64,000 nucleotides of DNA from a bacterium. Its GTDB lineage: Bacteria > Patescibacteriota > UBA1384 > CAILIB01. This document shows positions 56,993 through 64,000 of this stretch, in pieces (within the stretch, counting starts at the first letter, position 1; every line of letters starts with the position of its first letter). The DNA lies in NCBI GenBank assembly GCA_037131105.1, contig JBAXRQ010000001.1, positions 701,465 to 765,464 of the forward strand. The letters are read 5' to 3'. The translations under genes were made by a program, and so were the position numbers. The notes beneath the pieces are model-generated. The model was given only the letters and a program-made list of their open reading frames with translations, made no database searches and had not been told where the DNA came from.

Positions 56993-57814
56993 TTAGAGGA
57001 AGCGAAAGCTGTCAGCCATGTGCTGGTCATAGGTAGTGCTGCCGTCCGCCCCAGTAAGCACTGCCTCCTGGCCTCTCTCCCAATAAATCACTTCCTGTCG
57101 AGCCGGAGAGTAATTAATGGCATGGTCGGAATCAACATAACACTGGCTCACCTCCTCCGGCTTGCCGTCTCCTACCAGCAATATTGTGAACGCCCCGTTT
57201 TGGGCAGAAGGCTTCTTGGTAAAGTGACAGCCCGTGCCGTACTGCTTCTTAATAAAAGCAGATAACTCCGAATCAGAGGCAACGGGAGCTCTTCCTAGAT
57301 CAAGCAAATGGACGGCATTCGACTTGGCATCCTCAAGGGAAGCCAGCGTAGTGGGCTGCGAGCCGCATTGGCTATCGCCAGCAGACAGAACCGAGTAGTT
57401 GCTGGAGGCCACATAGATCGTTCCCGTTCCCTCAAAAACCTGGAGTGGGGCGGGGCGCTCTCCTGCCAACCAGTAAGCTCCCGACGAACCCTTGAAGCAA
57501 TCAAGGGCCATAGCCTGCTTGGGAAGCTTTACTGAAAACTGCCAGCTCTGATTGGTATACAGATTCCACGTGTCATCCACCGATACAAGGCTACCAGCAG
57601 CCGTTACAGGAAGATGGACGCTGGAAATCGGAGAAGCAGTGGCAGATGCAGACGGCGATACGGTAGTCGTTGCAGATGCCGGTGATGAATGATGCGAACG
57701 ATACAGAAATGCCCCTCCCAGAGACGCGATGACCAAAATGCCGAGACCGACCAGCATATACTGGTCACGGGTAAAGCGGGAAACCGTCTGCGACTTCTTT
57801 TTCTTAGTAGGCAT
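56993..57814 (-). CDS. Hypothetical membrane-anchored Ser/Thr-rich protein
   Basis: 273 aa. After the KKKK N-terminus there is one transmembrane helix (MLVGLGILVIASLGGAFL) and then an extracellular domain with several Cys. Confidence 0.4.
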   Translation of the reverse strand: MPTKKKKSQTVSRFTRDQYMLVGLGILVIASLGGAFLYRSHHSSPASATTTVSPSASATASPISSVHLPVTAAGSLVSVDDTWNLYTNQSWQFSVKLPKQAMALDCFKGSSGAYWLAGERPAPLQVFEGTGTIYVASSNYSVLSAGDSQCGSQPTTLASLEDAKSNAVHLLDLGRAPVASDSELSAFIKKQYGTGCHFTKKPSAQNGAFTILLVGDGKPEEVSQCYVDSDHAINYSPARQEVIYWERGQEAVLTGADGSTTYDQHMADSFRFL

Positions 57815-57834
57815 ACCCCCAGTATAACCTGATT

Positions 57835-58560
57835 CTAGAAACCTGCGAAATGAACGGCCAGGAAAATGACCACGGCACCAGCGACCGTCATAACACTGGT
57901 AATGAACTTTGGGTGATGGTGGTGACTCTCGGGTAGCAGGTCTCCCGCTCCGATATAAAGGAAGAAGCCAGCAAAGAGCGCCAGCAGCAGACCAAGCTCA
58001 GGACCTGGTACGGTAAAGAAGAAGGTGGCCAGCACACCTAGTACCGGCGCCACAGCGTCTATTCCAAGCCAGATCAAGGCGCGACGGTCCCGCCCCTTGT
58101 CCCGCAGAATAACCGTAACGGTGTTAATGCCGTCCGAAAAATCGTGGGCCAGCACCGCCGCTGCCACTACTACGCCCACCGCTGGAGATACCTGGAAGGC
58201 CAGTCCAATGCCGATACCATCCAAAAAACTATGCAATGACAGGCTAGCGGCTCCGAGGATCCCTCGGTGCCCGGTAGTATCGCAGTCATCATCATGCTCG
58301 GTATGTGGATGTAGCAGAATCACCCGGCTTAACAGCATATAGAGAAGAAAGCCTACCGCCGTCACTGCCGTAACCTGACTAAGGTCATAGTGCTTGGTCG
58401 CCAGGTCTATGGACTCGGGCAAGAGGTCAAAAAATGCCACCCCGATGACTGCACCGGCGCTGAAGCCCAGGATGAGATGCAGGCTGTCCCGCTTCCAGAA
58501 GGCAAACAATCCCCCGCAGAGGGTGGCGACCAGAGTGGCAAGAGCTATGAGAATGATCAT
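57835..58560 (-). CDS. zupT: ZIP-family zinc transporter (ZupT-like)
   Basis: 241 aa with 8 transmembrane helices, the ZIP signatures HSFLDGIGIG and HDFSDGINT, and a His-rich loop HHHHPKF. Confidence 0.75.
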   Translation of the reverse strand: MIILIALATLVATLCGGLFAFWKRDSLHLILGFSAGAVIGVAFFDLLPESIDLATKHYDLSQVTAVTAVGFLLYMLLSRVILLHPHTEHDDDCDTTGHRGILGAASLSLHSFLDGIGIGLAFQVSPAVGVVVAAAVLAHDFSDGINTVTVILRDKGRDRRALIWLGIDAVAPVLGVLATFFFTVPGPELGLLLALFAGFFLYIGAGDLLPESHHHHPKFITSVMTVAGAVVIFLAVHFAGF

Positions 58561-58654
58561 CGGTGAAAATAAGTGTTATGGTGAGATACTAGCCCGACCA
58601 GAGATATAGTGCAAGTAATTTGCATTAGTATGCTGTATTTGATAGTCTTAGACC

Positions 58655-59044
58655 ATGAATACGTCCCGTCAGACCAAGGCCCGACAGGCCCTTATCCAGA
58701 TACTGCGTCGCCACGACTCCCCCCTTTCCCTAGCTGAACTATGGGAAGAGCTGCAGCGTACCCTGCCGGCTGTCGCCCATTCCACTGTCTTTCGCCTGAT
58801 TACGCGACTTGAGGAAGAGGGTCAGGTAGTCAGAGTGGACTGGCGTGAACGAGGCAGCCGCTATGAGTGGGCCGGCCTCCCCCACCATCACCACATCGTC
58901 TGCACCGGCTGCGGAGAGATCCGCGATCTGGCCGACTCCGACCTGGATTTCGACAGCGACAGGTTGCGCCGAGCCACCGGCTACGATGTCACTTATCATT
59001 CCATTGAGCTTGAGGGCCTCTGCCCTCGGTGCCAGCCGGCCTAA
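58655..59044 (+). CDS. zur: Fur-family metalloregulator, likely Zur
   Basis: 129 aa with a winged helix plus HHHHIVCTGCGEIRDL…CPRC (Fur-family metal sites). It is divergent from zupT across a 94-bp intergenic region containing TGCAAgtaatTTGCA. Confidence 0.7.
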   Translation: MNTSRQTKARQALIQILRRHDSPLSLAELWEELQRTLPAVAHSTVFRLITRLEEEGQVVRVDWRERGSRYEWAGLPHHHHIVCTGCGEIRDLADSDLDFDSDRLRRATGYDVTYHSIELEGLCPRCQPA

Positions 59045-59050
59045 CGTGAA

Positions 59051-59083
59051 GAGTCGGCGCTTCCAAGAGGTGGAAGCGCCGAC
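59051..59083. terminator. Strong perfect hairpin immediately after zur; no U-tract
   Basis: AGTCGGCGCTTCCAagaggTGGAAGCGCCGACT: a 14-bp perfect stem. Confidence 0.45.
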
Positions 59084-59575
59084 TGCAACGGAGGAGTTCA
59101 GGCGGGGAACGACAAAAGTAGAGTCAGGGGATGGCCAAACGGGCCAGGGAACATATACGGGCATTGCCTACCCAAACGACGGCTGCAATGTACCCAGTCC
59201 GCGGCGACGGGTTCGAATCCGCAGCGGCGGGTTCAAACCTGGAAGACTAACCGGGTTGGAGGGGTCGCCGGGCACACCTGACGGGCAGGTAGGCAGACGA
59301 CGGCCCAGGCTAGAGGTCGCTGGAATAACAGTCGTTGAGGATCGAAAGGGAGGCGTAATGACACCCCTTTTCTTCACCCATAACTTCAAAAACTGCGCAC
59401 TCATAGGACTCCTTTTTCACGGGCCAGGTTGACTACCCTGTCCGTATTCACCGATACTACTGCTGCACGGAACTCCTGTCAATGCAGCCTCATACTACTG
59501 GCGCCGCAGAACCAAAAACGGCGGACTCCACTAGGGAATCCACCGTCTCAGACAACACACTTCGATTCACTCCGC

Positions 59576-60028
59576 CTACGATGCTGGTTGCGGGTTCGCG
59601 GGAGCAAAGAATGTCCGCACAGTGGCCTCATGGAGCTCAATGCCATCTTGGCCATCTACGATAAACAGCTCTCCCGGCTTCCGAACGACGGGTGACTGGC
59701 TGGGCGCACGAACAATATCGGCCCCTCCCTGGCGTACTTCCGAGTACAGTCGGCTCAGATCAGCGTCCATTCTCTCGATATCGAGCCTGTTTTGCTCGTG
59801 CTGTTCGCGTACCCGCTCCGCAAGCCTCAAATACGAGCTCCACACTTTTGAGAACAGAAGGAAAAGGCCCAGTACCGCGACCAGCGTGACTCCGGAAGGA
59901 TTCTGGAGAAACTCCGTCACCCTCACCCAGTTAGTCGTCTGCGCTGAAAAGGCCAGCTCGTCCATTGCAGTAGCGCAGAGGCTGATAACGGCAACAGCCA
60001 CTAGAAAAAAACCAATCAATATTCTCAT
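59576..60028 (-). CDS. Hypothetical secreted or membrane protein
   Basis: 150 aa with an N-terminal signal or transmembrane segment (MRILIGFFLVAVAVISLCATA) and a second hydrophobic helix. Confidence 0.3.
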   Translation of the reverse strand: MRILIGFFLVAVAVISLCATAMDELAFSAQTTNWVRVTEFLQNPSGVTLVAVLGLFLLFSKVWSSYLRLAERVREQHEQNRLDIERMDADLSRLYSEVRQGGADIVRAPSQSPVVRKPGELFIVDGQDGIELHEATVRTFFAPANPQPAS

Positions 60029-60119
60029 CTCAAGACCCCCTGGCAGTTATATGGGATGCCAGCCCGTTTCGTAAAACTTACGAAAAGATACTCCAATTAT
60101 CTGGAATTGTCAATGCAAA

Positions 60120-60632
60120 TTACGCAATTTCGATATCCAATGACCTCACAATAGTTGTGACGGCCTCTGCCGGCGAAGACTCCGAGGTGTCCAGCATAAG
60201 CTCTTGGGGGCCAGGAGTCCTAGTCTTCAAGACTCTGTTTGAGGCAGCTGACCGCTCTACGTCAGTAAACCCTTCAGTGCGAGCCCCTACCCGCCGCCGC
60301 AGTTCAGCCTCTTCCACTACCAGGGTGACGGTAAGGCAGAAGATCTCTGCAAAGACCTCCCCTAGCTTCTCCACCTGCAGCACAGTCAGGTCATCTGTTA
60401 TGACGTACCGGTACCCGTGTCGAAAATAATTTCGAATGATAAAGACCAGATTCTCAAAAGCCATAGCCGATTCCTCCGGCGACTCATCACTCCAGTCTGG
60501 CTTCAGGTGGAACACTCGTAACTCGCCAAAGTCGATCAGGGGGCACTCAAGCTTTTCGGCCAGAATCTCTCCGATAGTGGTCTTGCCACTGCCGGGAGCG
60601 CCGTTAAACAGAATCAGAATTGGTGGCTTCAT
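60120..60632 (-). CDS. P-loop NTPase / small-molecule kinase-like protein (AAA_33-like)
   Basis: 170 aa with Walker A LILFNGAPGSGKTT at residues 6-19 and Walker B-like VITDD. Confidence 0.5.
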   Translation of the reverse strand: MKPPILILFNGAPGSGKTTIGEILAEKLECPLIDFGELRVFHLKPDWSDESPEESAMAFENLVFIIRNYFRHGYRYVITDDLTVLQVEKLGEVFAEIFCLTVTLVVEEAELRRRVGARTEGFTDVERSAASNRVLKTRTPGPQELMLDTSESSPAEAVTTIVRSLDIEIA

Positions 60633-60703
60633 ATGTACTCATCCTAACAAATTATTGAAAGAACGGCTGTCAACCCCAAGGGATCGGCAGCCGGAATGTC
60701 TCG

Positions 60704-61192
60704 TTACAGCACTTTCAGCATCTCAATGTCCCTCGGGCGGTAGCCCTGTGACTTGTAAAAGTCCCGGGCCAGCTGGTTAGCAGCCATAACGCTGAGAACC
60801 ACCGTATCGCAGCCAAGGCCGGCGAGAAAATCCTCTACGGCTGCCAGCAGTCGCTTACCGACTCCGGTTCCCCGCGCCGCGTCCGACATATACAGCTCCT
60901 CGACCCTGCCCAGCCTTGAGGGATGGTGGTCAAGCAGGTAGCTCTCAGGTCGCAGCTCTTCAGCGCCGGCGGCAAGGCCGATGATCTGCCCCTCCAGCTC
61001 AGCGACCAGAAAGGTTCCGCCGCTGTCAGCCAGCTGACAGACGTTGTCCACATAGAACTCGCCGTACCCGGGCTCCCTTCGCAGCCTCCCCAACGGGTCA
61101 AGCGCCACCAGGTAGTCCAGGAACTGCTCGAACAGTCGCACCAGCGCCTCCCTGTCGGTCCCATGATAGGGCCTGATAAGCACTTCACTCAT
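60704..61192 (-). CDS. GNAT-family N-acetyltransferase
   Basis: 162 aa. The acetyl-CoA binding motif A reads Q/RxxGxG/A: MSDAARGTGVGKRLL. Confidence 0.65.
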   Translation of the reverse strand: MSEVLIRPYHGTDREALVRLFEQFLDYLVALDPLGRLRREPGYGEFYVDNVCQLADSGGTFLVAELEGQIIGLAAGAEELRPESYLLDHHPSRLGRVEELYMSDAARGTGVGKRLLAAVEDFLAGLGCDTVVLSVMAANQLARDFYKSQGYRPRDIEMLKVL

Positions 61193-61764
61193 TTCTCCCT
61201 CCTTCTTACCATATGCTTCTGAGGCAGGTAGGCGCCACTTTGGAAGTGGCCGCCCGTAAACTCAGGCCCTTCCACGCTGTCGCAGAAGCCGAAACGCTCA
61301 TAGAAGCGAATGGCACGCTCATTGTATGACGCCACATTAAGGTAGACGGTCTCATAGTCCTCCACCTCTTTCAGCGCCTGAACTATGAGTGCAGCCCCGA
61401 TGCCACAGGAGAAGTACTCTGGCAACACGTACAACGCCCGCAGATAGCCGTAGCCTTCGCACAGCTCCACTCCGAACAGTCCGATTATCTCACCGTTCAG
61501 TTCAGCCACTCCCCGCCGTGAAGCGGGATCCTGTCTGGTCAGGCTCTCAAAACGCCTTTGGGTATTCTCCTCGCCCGCCAGATCCAAGGAAAGAATGTCC
61601 TCCCTAGTAATCTCCATCCCCTCATGGGGATAGGTGGCCAACCATGACTCCTGGAACACTCTACCCATGGCAGTCGCGTCCTCCGGCCGGGCCGGACGGA
61701 TAATCACTCCACGTGCACTCATTTCGCGCCTCCATACTGATAAGGTCCTTTTTGCGCAAAACAA
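61189..61764 (-). CDS. GNAT-family N-acetyltransferase
   Basis: 191 aa with LYVLPEYFSCGIGAALI (motif A). It has a 4-nt overlap with the downstream GNAT gene. Confidence 0.65.
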   Translation of the reverse strand: MFCAKRTLSVWRREMSARGVIIRPARPEDATAMGRVFQESWLATYPHEGMEITREDILSLDLAGEENTQRRFESLTRQDPASRRGVAELNGEIIGLFGVELCEGYGYLRALYVLPEYFSCGIGAALIVQALKEVEDYETVYLNVASYNERAIRFYERFGFCDSVEGPEFTGGHFQSGAYLPQKHMVRRREK

Positions 61765-61927
61765 AAAGGCGAGCCCGTAAGCTCGTCTTCAATATGTGAC
61801 CATACGAAAAACCAACCTACGCGTTAGGGGGTAAGGGATGTAATGAAGCCGACTAGAGTCATATATGAAGCTACTGATTGATAGGTGATGATATCAGAAT
61901 TCCGCAGAAAGGTCAACCTCCTGGAGG

Positions 61928-62800
61928 TTAGAACGGCTCGTCATCCTGCTCGCCACTTCCCGAGATATATACCTCTTTATTCATCTCAGTATCCACCCCT
62001 ACGTATTCAGCCTTCCCATCGATGATCTCCTCATACGGAGTACAGGCAAAGCAGCCACCCCGCGGACAGTCGAATAGGCGCTTCTCCCTCGCCAGCTTCA
62101 CCGACAAAGCCACGTCCATCACCTGCTTCTCGCTAGTGGCTAGGTCAGGCAATGTCACCTGAGTAGGCGCGTCCTTCGAGTCCACATACCAGTAACTCGC
62201 CTTAGTCACTACCCGCTTCTGACAGTTCTTCACCAGCAGATGGTAGATAGGCAGCTGCAATGACCCGGCCTTCTCCTCGTGCTTGCCGGTCTTAAAATCG
62301 AGGATGTGGACGCTGTCAGTCTCGGGAAGGTATTCCAGCCAGTCGATCTTGCCGCAGAGAATTATGTTCTCAGCCTCAGATAGGTAGAAGCTGGGCAATC
62401 CCTTGATCATCATCGAGTCTTCAGGGATGCGCAGCGCCTTGTTCAAGAGAGGGCCAGGGTGCTTCTCTACCCGCTCCAGCATCTCCCGGCCCCGCTTCTT
62501 GTAACCCTCCTCTTCCGTAGTATCAGTAAAGCCTCCCCACTTCCCACTCACCTTCTTCCAGACGTCTTCATACTTGTCGAGCAGCGAGTCATTGAGCCGC
62601 ACATCTACCGGCAAGTCCTGCAGTGACTCCAGCACGGTGTGCACCGCCTGACCCAAGGCCAAGGCCGGCTGCATAAGGGCCAGCTTCCTGCCGGTCTTGG
62701 GGTTCTTGTAGAGGTTTTTCAGATAATAGGCGCGCGGGCACTTCAGGTAGTCCCCGATGGAGGAATGAGAAAGCCAGACGGCGGTACGGGTATCGGGCAT
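61928..62800 (-). CDS. PD-(D/E)XK nuclease with a 4-Cys Fe-S cluster (Cas4/RecB-nuclease-like, DUF83-type), standalone
   Basis: 290 aa. The N-terminus has YLKCPRAYYL (Cys1). Nuclease motifs are GQAVHTV, GKIDWLE, ILDFKTGK and QLPIYHLL (QxxxY). The C-terminus has CPRGGCFAC (Cys2-4). No cas1/cas2 or CRISPR array is nearby. Confidence 0.6.
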   Translation of the reverse strand: MPDTRTAVWLSHSSIGDYLKCPRAYYLKNLYKNPKTGRKLALMQPALALGQAVHTVLESLQDLPVDVRLNDSLLDKYEDVWKKVSGKWGGFTDTTEEEGYKKRGREMLERVEKHPGPLLNKALRIPEDSMMIKGLPSFYLSEAENIILCGKIDWLEYLPETDSVHILDFKTGKHEEKAGSLQLPIYHLLVKNCQKRVVTKASYWYVDSKDAPTQVTLPDLATSEKQVMDVALSVKLAREKRLFDCPRGGCFACTPYEEIIDGKAEYVGVDTEMNKEVYISGSGEQDDEPF

Positions 62801-62818
62801 GGCAATGAGTTAATGGCT

Positions 62819-63649
62819 CTAGCGTACCATATCCGTCGACTCGGCGACGAGAAATGCCTCCGCCCCCACTGGCGCCTCCTGCCAGGGAAAAATGATGCAG
62901 GACGGATAGTCCGGGGCACAATACTGTTCAGCGCCATCAGTGGCAATACGCTCCCCCGGCTTCAGCGCCTGGAAGCCCCTGAACTTCCTGGTGAACCGGA
63001 ACTGCTCCGATTTCTTAAACACCGGATACTTCACCGCCACCACCCTCTGCTGGACAGTCCCCGGCTCTACCCCGTCGATCATCCCAAAATAGGCCAAGAG
63101 CTGCCGGATGGCCTCCACCGCCAGCGGCGTCATCTTCTCAGCTTCCGCCCTGTCTCCGCATTCGATACAGATCGCTGGCTTGCCCTGCCGGTACATATAC
63201 TCGTCAGTCGACCCTGGCTCCGCCTTTACCCACCCGGTAGAAAGAATGGACACTGGCATACGCCTGGCGATCTCAAAGCCATTCTCCTCGCAAATGATAA
63301 ACGGCGGCTCCCCGCCCATACCGGCGTGGATATCCAGCAAAGCGTCGGCCGAGTCGAGAATAGGCATGAGGGATAGAGCCAATTGGCCTTCAATAGTATC
63401 ACTAGAGGCGCTAGGCGTCAGTGCCCGGTTCAGGTTCTCGTCAAGAAACCGCTCACCCGCCGCAAGCGCTGGCGGATTGGCCATCACGGTTACAAGTGTG
63501 CCCCGCAGCAACTTCAGATTCGGTAGCACATTTTTGAGTGCCAGCACCCCTACCGGCTCATCCCCGTGCACACCGGCACAGATGACTACGGTAGGACCGG
63601 ACAAAGCACCCGAAATAATCTTCACAATCGGTTCATACTTCATATACAT
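62819..63649 (-). CDS. Succinylglutamate desuccinylase / aspartoacylase (AstE/AspA) family zinc hydrolase-like protein
   Basis: 276 aa with VVICAGVHGDEPVG (H-x-x-E zinc motif) and a later DIHAG, matching the M14-like AstE/AspA pattern. Confidence 0.5.
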   Translation of the reverse strand: MYMKYEPIVKIISGALSGPTVVICAGVHGDEPVGVLALKNVLPNLKLLRGTLVTVMANPPALAAGERFLDENLNRALTPSASSDTIEGQLALSLMPILDSADALLDIHAGMGGEPPFIICEENGFEIARRMPVSILSTGWVKAEPGSTDEYMYRQGKPAICIECGDRAEAEKMTPLAVEAIRQLLAYFGMIDGVEPGTVQQRVVAVKYPVFKKSEQFRFTRKFRGFQALKPGERIATDGAEQYCAPDYPSCIIFPWQEAPVGAEAFLVAESTDMVR

Positions 63650-63697
63650 AGTTAGGTGGGTTCCCGGGCGGCATTACGCCGCCCGGGATAAATATCC

Positions 63698-64000
63698 TCA
63701 CACGCTGCGGCCCAGGACCACCCGCATATCAGGATTCGGATATGAGGCAATCACCTCGTAGCCCTGGCGCTGATACCAGCCATAGACCACGGTAGGCGGA
63801 TCCGACTGGGTACGGGCCGCCACCTGTCTGAGACCGCTGACCTGGATATGCTCCATCCAGCCCGCATACAACTCCCGGCCAATTCCCTTCCCCTGCCAGT
63901 CGGGACGCACCACCACCTCGTCGTTGTAGGCGACCAGGGCGTCCCCGACCAGACCATGGACCGGCAGTCCCAGATGCGATTCCAGTTCAGGGACGGCAAG
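63698..64000 (-). CDS. GNAT-family N-acetyltransferase, partial; the N-terminus lies beyond the window end
   Basis: The C-terminal part contains RPDWQGKGIGRELYAGWMEHI (motif A), and the ORF continues past 64000. Confidence 0.5.
   Translation of the reverse strand, partial: LAVPELESHLGLPVHGLVGDALVAYNDEVVVRPDWQGKGIGRELYAGWMEHIQVSGLRQVAARTQSDPPTVVYGWYQRQGYEVIASYPNPDMRVVLGRSV

Noticed and set aside
59233-59262. Possible tRNA or tmRNA (GGGTTCGAATCC / GGGTTCAAACC T-loop-like motifs)
   Set aside because: No 5-bp T-stem, anticodon arm or acceptor stem can be formed, and no tmRNA tag reading frame (…ALAA-stop) is present. It is kept only as a possible tRNA-remnant finding.
58845-59432. 195-aa plus-strand ORF and a 141-aa minus-strand ORF overlapping zur
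   Set aside because: They overlap the Fur-family gene in other frames or strands, are Arg/Gly/Pro-rich as expected of GC-rich non-coding frames, and have no domain signatures.

Overview
This 64 kb window looks like part of a small monoderm bacterial genome, with a CPR/Patescibacteria-like flavour. That assignment is inference only: genes are tightly packed on the minus strand with ATGA-type overlaps, a sortase is present, the 23S rRNA carries introns, and there are many small secreted hypothetical proteins. From left to right the window contains:
- DNA-repair genes radA (partial) and recJ.
- A compact division/cell-wall (dcw) cluster: mraZ, ftsL-like, ftsI, murF, mraY, murD, ftsW, murG, murC, murB, a second divergent murB-like paralog, and ftsQ. 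rsmH, murE, ddl, ftsA and ftsZ are not in the window.
- glyQS, then a block of three hypothetical secreted or membrane proteins, then typA, a DUF2207-like membrane protein, and recO-mutM-yvcK.
- A PadR-family regulator.
- A 23S-5S rRNA operon on the minus strand with its own sigma70-like promoter and no adjacent 16S. The 23S carries two insertions: a group I intron at E. coli position 1917 (helix 69) encoding a LAGLIDADG homing endonuclease, and an ORF-less ~345 nt insertion between U2500 and C2501 in the peptidyl-transferase centre.
- A metal/ion transport neighbourhood: Nramp, a MgtA-like P-type ATPase, Kup, ZupT with a divergent Zur/Fur regulator, and a copper-handling trio of a ferric-reductase-like heme membrane protein, a CopC-like protein and a YcnI-like protein.
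- An NDH-2, an alkyltransferase-like protein (Trp in place of the catalytic Cys), and a small promoter/RBS/terminator-equipped 53 aa ORF in a long non-coding gap.
- A cluster of Peptidase_C39-like (papain-fold) domain proteins, including an 828 aa protein with a multi-transmembrane region, Ig-like domains and a C39-like domain.
- A tail block of GNAT acetyltransferases, a P-loop kinase-like protein, a Cas4/RecB-like Fe-S nuclease and an AstE/AspA-family protein.

The most unusual locus is at 38.3-42.6 kb: a sortase followed by three paralogous Asn/Thr/Gly-rich repeat surface proteins whose genes contain near-identical ~300 bp-periodic DNA repeats. It is a candidate for an undescribed sortase-dependent surface fibre or adhesin system. 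No CRISPR array or tRNA gene was found.
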